A program made the position numbers and the translations under genes. The notes under the pieces were generated by a model, which ran no database searches, was not told the origin of the DNA, and saw only the letters and a list, made by a program, of their open reading frames with translations. Source: an uncultured Acidobacteriota bacterium (GTDB taxonomy: Bacteria > Acidobacteriota > Vicinamibacteria > Fen-336). Taken from it: 64,000 nucleotides of DNA. Shown here piece by piece: positions 20,790 through 29,671 of this stretch; position 1 is the first letter of the stretch; each line of letters begins with the position of its first letter. The stretch spans positions 2,560,001-2,624,000 of the forward strand of contig OY970399.1 of the NCBI GenBank assembly GCA_963720545.1. The letters are read 5' to 3'.

Positions 20790-20858
20790 CTAGGCGCGCA
20801 CCCCGAGTGCGTATCGGTACGAATACGCGTAGAGGTGGCCGGCCGGCAGTTGTTTCAC
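20790..20858 (-). CDS. Tyr-rich leader peptide MKQLPAGHLYAYSYRYALGVRA (22 aa)
   Basis: GTG...TAG ORF with four alternating Tyr codons, between a TGgCATAAT -10 box (20868-20876) and the leader terminator. Confidence 0.8.
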   Translation of the reverse strand: MKQLPAGHLYAYSYRYALGVRA

Positions 20859-20887
20859 GAGGCGGGGATTATGCCACACCTCGAGGT

Positions 20888-20961
20888 CTTCCCGAGGAGC
20901 TCAACGCTTGCGCTGCGACCGAGGGATCTCAGTTGCAACCCACTGTGTCCGGACACAGTGG
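20888..20961 (+). repeat. Dispersed REP-like repeat (TTCCCGAGGAGCTCAACGCTTGCGCT...CCACTGTGTCCGGACACAGTGG)
   Basis: 22-bp perfect palindrome at 20940-20961; near-identical composite at 62681-62743. Confidence 0.85.
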
Positions 20962-20962
20962 C

Positions 20963-21298
20963 TCAGGGGTTCGGGGCGAGCAGCAGGGCCCCCAGGAGCT
21001 GTTCGACGCTGCGGCCTTCGCGGGCGGCTCGCTGGCGCAGTTCCTCGGCACGCACGGCGGGGAGCGTCACCTCGAACGTCGGTGCCGCTGCGGCCGTGGC
21101 GAGGTGCGCGGCGACCAGGCCGCGGAAATCGGCGCCGATTCTGGCATCGCCAAGCCGCAGCCGCGCTTCCGAGAGGCGGCCGGCGCCGAGCGAGCACAAC
21201 ACCGAGATCTCGCCATCGCCCGGATCGCCGCGCAGCGTGCGGCCCAGGGACATCTCGACGTCGACGAGGTTGAGGCGATGGCGGTCGAACAGGCCCAC
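20963..21298 (-). CDS. Hypothetical protein with C-terminal ribbon-helix-helix-like segment
   Basis: GGAGG RBS 7 nt before GTG at 21298; FEVTLP..AEELRQRAAREGRSVEQLL resembles CopG/Arc RHH. Confidence 0.5.
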   Translation of the reverse strand: MGLFDRHRLNLVDVEMSLGRTLRGDPGDGEISVLCSLGAGRLSEARLRLGDARIGADFRGLVAAHLATAAAAPTFEVTLPAVRAEELRQRAAREGRSVEQLLGALLLAPNP

Positions 21299-21323
21299 TT
21301 GCGATCCTCCGTGATGATGATGG

Positions 21324-21512
21324 CTAGCGGCCGTTGATGATCTCGCCGGTCTTGTATTCGAGCTGCTGGCTCGTATCGCGAACCACACCCGGGGTGTTCT
21401 GTTCAAGCGTCTTCCAGGCTTCCTGGGAAGTCACCGGCTGCTGTGCTTGTTGCTGACCCGGAATCCCGGCAAGCGCCGGATCACCGCCGATCGGCGGCAG
21501 GTTAGAACTCAT
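21324..21512 (-). CDS. Small Gln-rich hypothetical protein (62 aa)
   Basis: GAGGAG RBS; ATGA overlap with the upstream ORF. Confidence 0.55.
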   Translation of the reverse strand: MSSNLPPIGGDPALAGIPGQQQAQQPVTSQEAWKTLEQNTPGVVRDTSQQLEYKTGEIINGR

Positions 21513-21805
21513 TGCGGCTCCTCCGTTTCTCCATCAGTGACGACGCCTTTGACACGCAACTGGGCGGTCCACGCGGATTGCGCTGCAACCGCCAGTGCTT
21601 CCGCCAGGTCGCCTTCGGTCGCGCCCGACCCGCCGGTACGCGACATCCAGTGGGCCAGCAGCACGTTCGACCCGACCGAAGCGCGGCCGGCCGAGTCGGT
21701 CATGATGCGCAGCTCGAGGAGCGCGTGTTCGATCCTCGCGGCCCACGCCGCGAAAGCCTCTTCCGCGGCTTGCGGGGCGCCCTCCGTGGCTTCGTTGCGT
21801 GCCAT
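21509..21805 (-). CDS. Hypothetical protein (98 aa)
   Basis: TAAGGA RBS close to ATG at 21805; stop overlaps the next start. Confidence 0.5.
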   Translation of the reverse strand: MARNEATEGAPQAAEEAFAAWAARIEHALLELRIMTDSAGRASVGSNVLLAHWMSRTGGSGATEGDLAEALAVAAQSAWTAQLRVKGVVTDGETEEPQ

Positions 21806-21960
21806 TTCCTTACCGAATGCACGCGGCGCGCCGCCACCGAAAAGGGCTGGTTGCTGGCCAAACCGTCCTCGATAGGCACGCCTTCCCGCAAAAATGATGC
21901 GCCTCCGGATGGCACCCTGCGCAGCCTTGCGGGCTCCTCGAGAAGGATCAGGCGGTACTG

Positions 21961-22040
21961 CTACTGCGTCCGGACACAGTGGACTGCAACGGGGGTCCCT
22001 CGGTCGCAGCGCATGCGTTGCGCTCCTCGGGAAAACGGCC
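21961..22040 (-). repeat. Inverted copy of the REP-like repeat
   Basis: Reverse complement CCGTTTTCCCGAGGAGCGCAACGCATGCGCTGCGACCGAGGGACCCCCGTTGCAGTCCACTGTGTCCGGACGCAGT aligns with 20888-20961. Confidence 0.85.
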
Positions 22041-22106
22041 GGTGGAGGCGCAAGGGTTGAGCTCGTCGGGGAAACCGCGTGGGTCTGGCGGTAGAGTCGC
22101 CGTCGC

Positions 22107-22901
22107 ATGAAGCAGTATCTCGAGCTGTTGAAGGACGTGCTGGAGAACGGCACCGAGAAGAGCGACCGCACCGGCACCGGCACGCGCTCGGTATTCGGGC
22201 GGCAGATGCGCTTCGACCTCGCGCAGGGATTTCCTCTCGTCACCACCAAGAAACTGCACCTGCGCTCGATCGTGCACGAGCTGCTGTGGTTCCTGCGCGG
22301 GGAGACCAACGTCGCATCGCTGCACGCCAGCAACGTAACGATATGGGATGAATGGGCCGACTCGCAAGGCGAGCTGGGACCGGTTTACGGCAAGCAGTGG
22401 CGCCGCTGGCTGGCGCCCGACGGCCACGAGATCGACCAGGTCGCTTGGGTGCTCGACGAGATCCGCAAGAACCCCGACTCACGCCGCCTGATCGTCTCGG
22501 CGTGGAACGTTGCCGACCTGCCGCGCATGGCCCTGCAGCCGTGCCACGTACTCTTCCAGTTCTACGTCGCCGCGGGAAAGCTCAGCTGCCAGGTGTACCA
22601 GCGCTCGGGCGACATGTTCCTCGGCGTGCCGTTCAACATCGCAAGCTACGCGCTCTTCACCACGATGATGGCGCACGCCACCGGGCTGATGCCGGGCGAC
22701 CTGGTACACACGCTGGGCGACGCGCACCTCTATTCGAACCACTTCGAGCAGGCGCGCGAGCAGCTCTCCCGCACGCCGCGCCAGCTGCCGATCCTGCGCC
22801 TAAACGACGCGCCCCGCGACTTGTTCGCGATCGGCTACAACGACATCACAGTAGAAGGCTACGACCCACTGCCTGCGATCAAGGCCCCCGTCGCGGTCTA
22901 G
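22107..22901 (+). CDS. thyA: Thymidylate synthase
   Basis: [57 protein letters not shown]. Confidence 0.98.
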   Translation: MKQYLELLKDVLENGTEKSDRTGTGTRSVFGRQMRFDLAQGFPLVTTKKLHLRSIVHELLWFLRGETNVASLHASNVTIWDEWADSQGELGPVYGKQWRRWLAPDGHEIDQVAWVLDEIRKNPDSRRLIVSAWNVADLPRMALQPCHVLFQFYVAAGKLSCQVYQRSGDMFLGVPFNIASYALFTTMMAHATGLMPGDLVHTLGDAHLYSNHFEQAREQLSRTPRQLPILRLNDAPRDLFAIGYNDITVEGYDPLPAIKAPVAV

Positions 22902-23056
22902 CAATTCCCGGTTATCCAGGCGCTTCAACGGCATAGGGCGCCTCTCTTTGCACCCAGACGACGTGACATTCGAGTCAGGCCACTAGCGGGATTGAATACG
23001 GTCCAGAAAACCCATCCTCTATTCGCGGCGGTGTCGTGCAGCACCCGCGGTTCCTC

Positions 23057-24124
23057 TTAGAAACGCTTCAACAGGTTCGTGAGCGTCGGTGTCGTCAGCG
23101 CGGCGAAGTAGTACCGGCGGCCGCCGGCGAGTTCGAGGGCCATCGACGCTTTCTTCGTGAGCGACGCGGCTGGCACCTGCACCACGATCTTGAGATCGTT
23201 GCCCGCCGGCTTCTGCGAGAAGAGCGAAACCGGCTGGCCGGCGAGTGTGACGAGCGCGACGCGTTCGGCGGCGCCGCCATGCAAGGTGAAGCGCAGCCAC
23301 ACCGAGGTGTCGCCCTTCAGCGCGTCGTCGAGCACCAGCGGCTTCTGTCCCGGCAGACCTTCGCGGCGATTGATGGCGACCGACTTCGCCGAAAGCAAGC
23401 CTTCGAAATCCATGGCCGGTGACGACGCAGGCTGTGCTGTCGGCTGCGGCGCGGGCGGCGCTGGTCGCGGCGTGAAGAGCGACGTGGGTGTGACCGCCGG
23501 AACAGGTGCACTGAGGGAGGGCCGCGCCGGCGGGGCGGTTGCTTGCGCCACCACCGGCGCCGGAGTGGGCGACGCAGAGCGGGACGGTGTCGGCACGGGC
23601 GTTGGCACCGGCGTCGGCAACGCGTTGGGTTGCGCCAGAATGGCAGGCGTCGGCGCGTGTGTCGGCACCGGTCTTTGTGGCGCCGGCCGTACCATCGCGC
23701 GAGCGAGCGGCTCCGCGGCGGGCTCGGGCTCCGCAGTCGCAAGCACGAGCCGCAGTTCGGAAGGCGCTCCCTGTGAGCTCGTGCGCAGCGCCAGTACCAG
23801 GACGCGGCCTTCGACGCTCACGTGCATCTCGGCGGAGAGAGGGTGGCGTGTGGGCTGCACGCGGATGATGCCTTCGGGTCGCGAGCCGAGCACCGCGATG
23901 CCCAGAGGGTCGACGGCGGTGGGCGGTTTCACCACCACGCGACGCAGCGACCGCGCCACCACGATGCGTGTGGCCTGGTTCAACGGGCACTCGATGCGCA
24001 GCGGCGAAGCCGCCGTGGCGGCGCCCGCGGCAATGGTGACGACGCGCGGCGCGGCATCCGCGGGCCGAAGTGGACCGAAGCCGATCGCCAGCGAAAGGGC
24101 AGCGAAAATTCCTGAGAACCGCAT
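23057..24124 (-). CDS. Secreted two-domain protein with Pro-rich linker; candidate VirB9/TraN-like core component
   Basis: Signal peptide, beta-rich N-domain (IECPLNQATRIVV), PTPVPTPVPTP linker, last gene of the T4SS-like operon. Assignment is mostly positional. Confidence 0.45.
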   Translation of the reverse strand: MRFSGIFAALSLAIGFGPLRPADAAPRVVTIAAGAATAASPLRIECPLNQATRIVVARSLRRVVVKPPTAVDPLGIAVLGSRPEGIIRVQPTRHPLSAEMHVSVEGRVLVLALRTSSQGAPSELRLVLATAEPEPAAEPLARAMVRPAPQRPVPTHAPTPAILAQPNALPTPVPTPVPTPSRSASPTPAPVVAQATAPPARPSLSAPVPAVTPTSLFTPRPAPPAPQPTAQPASSPAMDFEGLLSAKSVAINRREGLPGQKPLVLDDALKGDTSVWLRFTLHGGAAERVALVTLAGQPVSLFSQKPAGNDLKIVVQVPAASLTKKASMALELAGGRRYYFAALTTPTLTNLLKRF

Positions 24125-24127
24125 GCG

Positions 24128-25915
24128 CTACCCGGCGATAGTATCCGAGACGTCGACTCCCGACTCGTCGCGCTCCGCGAACCACGACTGGTCGGGGTTG
24201 GCGTAGGCGGCCTTCAGGTACAGCACGGCCGGGTCCCACACGCTTTCCCCATCGAACATCTTGACGATCGCCTGGTTGAGCTTGAGGCGGGTGAAGGCGC
24301 GCGGCGGGAACACGTGCTCGCGCTGCAGGCTGATCGAGGTGCTCTCGCCGAACGAACCGGCATCAGCAGACACGAAGCGGCCGTCGAACACCGAGTAGCT
24401 ACCCTGCGAGTTCTCGTTGCGGCTGCGGCTCAGCTTCTCGCGCTCCACCTCGCCGCACAGGTCGGCTGCTTGGCGTGCGGTGTAGTTGTCCTCGCAGCAC
24501 AGCCAGATCTTGGTGCGCAGGTTGGCGAGCAGCTGGTGGGTGACGTGCTCGTCGTGCAGCCTGGCCGTGAAGCTCTCGTAGCTCTGGGTGGCGAGGATCG
24601 AGCAGCAGCGCGCCTCGCGGCACTTGGAGAGAAAGTTGCCGTCGGCCGGTTGGGTCACGTAGCCGTCGTACTCGTCGGCCACGAAGAACACCATGCGGCC
24701 CGGATCCGCGCGCCGTTGGTCGCTGCGTGCCAGCCGTGCCAGCACGGCGTCGAAGAAGTTGAGCTTGGTCATGGTGCCGACGATCTGCGACACCGTCTTC
24801 AGCTCGCTGTACGGCACGCGCAGCGCCACGATGCGCCCTGCGGCGATCAGCTCCTCGAAGCCGGCGAAGTTCGCGGCCTCGGGCGCGGGCGCAAACACCT
24901 CGCGGATGCTGGGCACGTCGAAGAGCGAACACGCACCGTTGAGGGTCGCGGCGATCGAACTCTTCAGCTTCGGGTCGAGGCCGGCGTTCTTCTGCTTTTG
25001 CCAGAAATCGAGCGCCTGGTACTCGGCCGGGTCGCCTTGACCGTTGTGCACCCGGATCTCGGCAAGCGCCAGCCAGTCGGCGAACAGCGTCACCGACGTC
25101 GACAGGCGGTAGAGGTCGACCATGGTCGGCTCGCGGCCCTGCGCCAGGCGCACGATGCGAATCACCTGGGTCGCAAGATCCTTGGCCTCCTGGTGCCAGA
25201 ACGGATCCTGCGTCGACTTGCCCTGGATGTTCTGGATCATGTCGGCGATGTGGCCGCCGAGCGCCGGCGCCTCGAGGTCGGGACGGCCGACGATGTTGTA
25301 GCGCACCCCCGACTCGAGGCTGATCTCGTAGTAGTCGTCGCGGCGGCCAGCCTGCGCGCATTGCTCGCGCACGAAATCTGCATAGTTGCCTTTGGCGTCG
25401 ATGATGAGACCGCCGAGCTTGCGGTCCGGGTCGTTTGCGTGCAGGCGGATGAGCTGCGCGGTGTAGGGATACTGTGCCGCCGAGGTCTTCGCCGCGCCGG
25501 TGGCGCCGGTGACGAGGATGCCGGTGCACATGCCCTTCTCGGGCAGCACGCGCCAGCGCGGACGTCCGCAACGGGCGCCGTTCTTCTCGTGCTCTTCGCC
25601 GAGGACCAGCTGCACGACCGACGGATCGAACGGGTAAGGCGGGAGCGCGCTGCGCCGTCCACCGAGTCCTTGCGAGAGGCCGTGGATCGACAGCATGCGC
25701 ATGGCGGCGGTGACGAGCAACGCACCGAGCACGGGAAAGGGAAGCGCCGACGCCCAGGCGACGTAGCCCGCGGCGCGCGGTGCCGCTTCGAGCAACTGCG
25801 GATAGCCGCCGGCGGCCGCGAGCCCGGGTGCCAGCAGCGCGCTGAACGCGGCGCCGGCAAGCGCGCCGAGGAAGGCGATGCCGTGGGCGCCGCGCGCCGG
25901 CTCAGCGCCTGCCAT
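24128..25915 (-). CDS. Type IV coupling protein (VirD4/TraD-like ATPase)
   Basis: Two N-terminal TMs, ILVTGATGAAKT (variant Walker A), LIIDAKG, DPFW, FFVADEY Walker B, CREAR..ILATQS, LLANLRTKI. Confidence 0.85.
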   Translation of the reverse strand: MAGAEPARGAHGIAFLGALAGAAFSALLAPGLAAAGGYPQLLEAAPRAAGYVAWASALPFPVLGALLVTAAMRMLSIHGLSQGLGGRRSALPPYPFDPSVVQLVLGEEHEKNGARCGRPRWRVLPEKGMCTGILVTGATGAAKTSAAQYPYTAQLIRLHANDPDRKLGGLIIDAKGNYADFVREQCAQAGRRDDYYEISLESGVRYNIVGRPDLEAPALGGHIADMIQNIQGKSTQDPFWHQEAKDLATQVIRIVRLAQGREPTMVDLYRLSTSVTLFADWLALAEIRVHNGQGDPAEYQALDFWQKQKNAGLDPKLKSSIAATLNGACSLFDVPSIREVFAPAPEAANFAGFEELIAAGRIVALRVPYSELKTVSQIVGTMTKLNFFDAVLARLARSDQRRADPGRMVFFVADEYDGYVTQPADGNFLSKCREARCCSILATQSYESFTARLHDEHVTHQLLANLRTKIWLCCEDNYTARQAADLCGEVEREKLSRSRNENSQGSYSVFDGRFVSADAGSFGESTSISLQREHVFPPRAFTRLKLNQAIVKMFDGESVWDPAVLYLKAAYANPDQSWFAERDESGVDVSDTIAG

Positions 25916-26153
25916 GGCTCACGCTGCGCTCGCGCAATGCCAGCTTGCGGCCGCTGCCGCGCCACAGTGCCAGCTCCGCGACCCGCCGCGTCAGCCAATA
26001 CAAGACGATGGCCCACGACGCCGCCAGGCCGGTGCAAGCACCTGGGTTCTGGCGCACGAAATCGACATAGAGCGGTCCGCCGTCGAGCATCACAACAGGC
26101 CAGGCGATGCCGACGAGCACGAGCATCAGCGGCACCACCACCAGGCGGTTCAT
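25902..26153 (-). CDS. Small two-TM membrane protein in the T4SS-like operon
   Basis: Overlaps both neighbours; two hydrophobic segments. Confidence 0.6.
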   Translation of the reverse strand: MNRLVVVPLMLVLVGIAWPVVMLDGGPLYVDFVRQNPGACTGLAASWAIVLYWLTRRVAELALWRGSGRKLALRERSVSHGRR

Positions 26154-27274
26154 CGCACGTCCAGGTCGGCGTTCAGGCAGACGACGAATTTCTCGCCGGC
26201 GCGCGCTTCGATCACCTTGTCGGTGCGGTCCTCGCCCCAGGTGCGCTCGAAGAAGTCAAAGTCGCGGTCGACGTCGTCGGCGATCTCGCGCGCGGCGGTA
26301 CCGACGGCACCCGAAGTCTTGCGCGCGAGCCCGATGGACGCGGCTGCGCCGACGGCTCCCACCGCGCGCGCACCCCACTTCCGGTTGGTGCTCGCCTTGC
26401 GCAGCACCTTGCCCACGACACCCATGTCGCCGTCGGTGCCGAGCGCGAGGCCCTGGAGCCGCATGGTGAGTCCGTCCTGAACGAAGGCGTGGAACGCGAC
26501 CTGCACCCGGTTCGAATCGCGGGTGGCGATGGCCGAACCGACGAGGGTGGCGCCGGCGCGGATCACGACCTGTTCGCCGACGCGCACGTCATCCACGACG
26601 CGCGCCGCAACCGGCACCGGTGCGCCGCCGGTACGCACCGGATAGATCAGGGTCGCGGCGAAGCGCGTGCCGACGTTGACGACGCGCCGCGGCCCGTCCT
26701 CGGCGCGGTCGGCGGCGATCGTCAGGCTTGGGTCGTCCTGTTCGTCGAACAGCACCGCCTCGTCGCCGGCCTTGCGGGCGGGGCGCAGCCAGGCGACGGT
26801 GCCGGCAGGGCTCACGTCGGCGTCCACGACTTCGTCGGGCTGGGCGATGCCGGCAAGCGCGGAGGCCGCGCGTACCCGCGGGTTCGCTGGCGGCAGGGCA
26901 GCGCGCACCGGCGAACGGGCCGGCGCGTCGTCGGTCTTTTCTTCAGCAGCTTCCTCAGCCGCGGGCGCTGCCGGCGCCTGCGCTGGCGCCGGTGGCATGA
27001 AATCGCGGACGCCATTCGAGAGGCCCATCACCTGCACGGTGTTGGTCGCCGCGAAAGGCACGGTGGAGCGCGCGGCGCTGGCACCGCTGTTCATCACGAT
27101 TGCGGCGAGTGCCGCGGTGCCGAGGCCGGCGATCAGCTTCCACAGACGCGGCTTCGGCGCCGGCGCGCGGCCGTTGCTCTGGTCGCGCAGCGTCTTCATC
27201 GCCTCGGCGCAGCGCTGGTTCAGCACCTGCTCGTAGCGAGACGGCAGGCTCGCGGCTCTGGGTGCGGTGCTCAT
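26150..27274 (-). CDS. VirB10/TrbI (TraM)-like protein
   Basis: Single TM, Pro/Ala-rich linker, C-domain VIRAGATLVG...NRVQVAF...LGTDGDMGVVG...IEARAGEKFVV typical of TrbI. Confidence 0.7.
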   Translation of the reverse strand: MSTAPRAASLPSRYEQVLNQRCAEAMKTLRDQSNGRAPAPKPRLWKLIAGLGTAALAAIVMNSGASAARSTVPFAATNTVQVMGLSNGVRDFMPPAPAQAPAAPAAEEAAEEKTDDAPARSPVRAALPPANPRVRAASALAGIAQPDEVVDADVSPAGTVAWLRPARKAGDEAVLFDEQDDPSLTIAADRAEDGPRRVVNVGTRFAATLIYPVRTGGAPVPVAARVVDDVRVGEQVVIRAGATLVGSAIATRDSNRVQVAFHAFVQDGLTMRLQGLALGTDGDMGVVGKVLRKASTNRKWGARAVGAVGAAASIGLARKTSGAVGTAAREIADDVDRDFDFFERTWGEDRTDKVIEARAGEKFVVCLNADLDVR

Positions 27275-27939
27275 GGCTTCCTCTCCTCCAGTTCAGTGAC
27301 CGCAGTGGCCATGGCCTCGCCGCGCGGCTGCACGGCAGACACCACCAGGCCTTCGACGACGTCATTGCGCGACGCGCGGAACAGCTCGAGGTCGAGCTCG
27401 AACACCTGGCCTGCGGCCTCGTCGGACCCGACGATCTGGCGGCGACCCTTGACGTTGGCGCGCCACGGATAAGACTTGCGGTCGACCGCGATTTCGAGCG
27501 TCGACGGGTCGATCTGCGTGCGCCGCTTGAGCCCTTCGAGGATGGCAATTGCGCCCTGTTGGTGGCGGCTGCCGCGCATGGCGCTCTTATAGGCTTCGCC
27601 GAGTTCCGGCGTCATGCGGCGCGCGCACCAGGCCGCGTCGTTGACGGCGCTGAAGCTGTCGCCGCGCATGAAGAACACCGTGAACTCCGCGGCGAAGGCG
27701 TGGATCTCGCGCTCGTCGGGCTCGGCGTAGACCTGGTCGTTGACCCGCACCAGCTGCGGGATGCCGTCGCAGCCGATGCGCACCACCTCGCGTTCCTTGT
27801 GGGACTGCCGGTAGAGGTTGACCTGCGACATCAGATTGATGACCGCCATCACCGCGAGCGCGACGCCGTAGAGGCGTGCCCGCCGTTCGTGGCTCTGCCA
27901 GAAAGCGACCGCCGGATTGCCATTCATTTGCAACCTCAT
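27271..27939 (-). CDS. VirB8/TrbF (TraK)-like protein
   Basis: One N-terminal TM followed by VVRIGCDG (cf. VVxVDxxG), ~220 aa NTF2-like size, C-terminal NDVVEGLVV. Confidence 0.65.
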   Translation of the reverse strand: MRLQMNGNPAVAFWQSHERRARLYGVALAVMAVINLMSQVNLYRQSHKEREVVRIGCDGIPQLVRVNDQVYAEPDEREIHAFAAEFTVFFMRGDSFSAVNDAAWCARRMTPELGEAYKSAMRGSRHQQGAIAILEGLKRRTQIDPSTLEIAVDRKSYPWRANVKGRRQIVGSDEAAGQVFELDLELFRASRNDVVEGLVVSAVQPRGEAMATAVTELEERKP

Positions 27940-28883
27940 TTCATCGCCGAGCGGACGGCGCCGGACACCATCTTCGAAGCGACCACCGGAATGCTCGCCA
28001 CCGCGGAGAGGAACACGGCGTTCATGCTGAAGAGCACCAGCTGGTTATGGGTCCAGTCGCTGGCGCCGCGCAGCGGCTCGGCGGAAATCGGCGGCAGCCA
28101 GGCGTCCCACGGCAGCGCGCCGATCAGCCGCTCCACGACGCCGAGGAGCAGCGGCCAGATGCAGACCGCGACGTAGCTCTGGACGAAGCCCTTGAAGACC
28201 GGCCGGGTCTGCGGCAGCACCACGGTCCACACGACGTAAGGCGTCAGCACCCAGTAGAACGCGATCAGGAACGCGTAGGTCGCGAGCAGGATGTAGCGCA
28301 GGATGAAGATCCACAGCACGTTGGTCCCGAACAGGCTGGTCCAGAACGGTTGGCTGAACTGGAACACGCGCACCATCGCCTGTTGGCGCACCTGCGGATC
28401 CTGGATGCGATCGACCGACTCCTGGAAATCCTGCATCCAGTTCGCGTCGCGCGCGAGCCTCGGGATGAGCACCGAGAACAACGACTTCTCGCCGGTGGTC
28501 TGGTCGTAGAACATCCAGCCGGTCGTCGCCAGGTAGCGCACCGGTCCGCTTTCGAAGGTATAAGTGGTGAGGAGCCACGCGCAGACCAGCCCGCCGATAC
28601 AGCACTCCTTGGCCAGCGCCAGCCACGGCTGGCCTTGGTACGCGCGGAAGCCAAGCACCAGGCACAGCAGCACCAGCGCCGCGCCCGAGAAGGTGCGGCC
28701 CACCGCGGCGCCTTGAGCCATGAGCCCGGTGAGCGCGGGGTTGTTGGCCAGCACCGTGTTGCGCACGTCGAGCTCGGCGAAGCTTTTCAGCACCTCCTGA
28801 TCGACGCAGCCGCTGCTGCCAAGCGCCACACACAACGCGAGCAGCAGTCTACGAATGTGGCGCGTCTGCAGCGTCTTCCTCAT
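27936..28883 (-). CDS. VirB6/TrbL (TraJ)-like polytopic membrane protein
   Basis: Several TMs; YWVLTPYVVWTVVLPQTRPVFKGFVQSYVAVCIWP matches the VirB6 core pattern; N-terminal lipobox-like LGSSGC. Confidence 0.7.
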   Translation of the reverse strand: MRKTLQTRHIRRLLLALCVALGSSGCVDQEVLKSFAELDVRNTVLANNPALTGLMAQGAAVGRTFSGAALVLLCLVLGFRAYQGQPWLALAKECCIGGLVCAWLLTTYTFESGPVRYLATTGWMFYDQTTGEKSLFSVLIPRLARDANWMQDFQESVDRIQDPQVRQQAMVRVFQFSQPFWTSLFGTNVLWIFILRYILLATYAFLIAFYWVLTPYVVWTVVLPQTRPVFKGFVQSYVAVCIWPLLLGVVERLIGALPWDAWLPPISAEPLRGASDWTHNQLVLFSMNAVFLSAVASIPVVASKMVSGAVRSAMK

Positions 28884-29671
28884 CTGGCAGCGCCCGCCTT
28901 GCACGGCGCCACGGCGCAGGCGAATGCCGCGTACGCCGAGAAGCCGGCCGCGTCGGCCAGGCGGGTGTCCTGTAGTTCGCGGCCGATCTCGAGCGCCTCG
29001 ATCGCCAGGCGCTGCGACTGGATACTGGAGTTGTGCTGTGCCATGCGCCCGGATTCGGCCGCAAGCCAGGCGGCGTCGCGCAGCGCATCGCCAGGGGTGG
29101 CGCGCGCGCCGGTTGCGCTTGCCTTCTCGATCGAGGGCAGGATCGTGGCCCATTGCCCCGAGGCCTGTACGTGGCTCTTGACGATACCCTCGCTCAGCAG
29201 GCCGACGAGGCTCGTCAGCTGCTCACGGTCGAGATCGCCACGGGCGGGCGCGCCGAAGATCGCTTCCATGCCCGCGCGATCGAGGACCACGTCCTGGTCG
29301 GCGATCCGCACCCGGCGGATGAGTTCGGTGCGCGCCGACCAGGCCCAGCCCTTGTCGACGTCGAGATCGGCGAACTCGGTGGCCAGGCTGCGCACTTCCC
29401 CGAGCAGGATGCCGATGGGCCCGAGTACGCCGGGACGTGGATCCGCCTCCGGAAATGGAAACGCGACCTTCGTCAGGGTGTCGGCGATGCCTTTTTGCGC
29501 AACGCTCTGTTCGTGGAGGACGCCTTCCTCGGCAATCGTCTTGAGGAACCCGGCGAAGTTGGCGAGAGCGTTCAATACGCGCTTCAGGACCGCGCCCGGC
29601 TCGTCGGCACGCACCTCCGCGGCGAGGCCGACGACCAGAATTCCGGCCGCGATGCTGCGCGGCAGCTTCAC
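28880..29671 (-). CDS. Secreted helical protein (VirB5/TrbJ-like position)
   Basis: Signal peptide (VRA-DE), helical/coiled C-terminus, between virB4-like and virB6-like genes. Confidence 0.5.
   Translation of the reverse strand: MKLPRSIAAGILVVGLAAEVRADEPGAVLKRVLNALANFAGFLKTIAEEGVLHEQSVAQKGIADTLTKVAFPFPEADPRPGVLGPIGILLGEVRSLATEFADLDVDKGWAWSARTELIRRVRIADQDVVLDRAGMEAIFGAPARGDLDREQLTSLVGLLSEGIVKSHVQASGQWATILPSIEKASATGARATPGDALRDAAWLAAESGRMAQHNSSIQSQRLAIEALEIGRELQDTRLADAAGFSAYAAFACAVAPCKAGAAR

Noticed and set aside
20700..20880. T-box or metabolite riboswitch before phhA
   Set aside because: No T-box UGGNACC bulge or long stem I is visible; the leader-peptide model explains the region.
21818..21833. 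Sigma-54 promoter for the three-gene cassette (CGGCGCGCCGCGTGCA on minus strand)
   Set aside because: GG-N10-GC is frequent by chance at this GC content, and the predicted start site would cut off the SD sequence.
24314..27472. 1052-aa plus-strand ORF, and similar long ORFs such as 39130..41895 (-), 53843..55801 (-), 9898..11877 (-)
   Set aside because: Antisense shadows of real genes in high-GC DNA; Arg/Ala-rich with no motifs.
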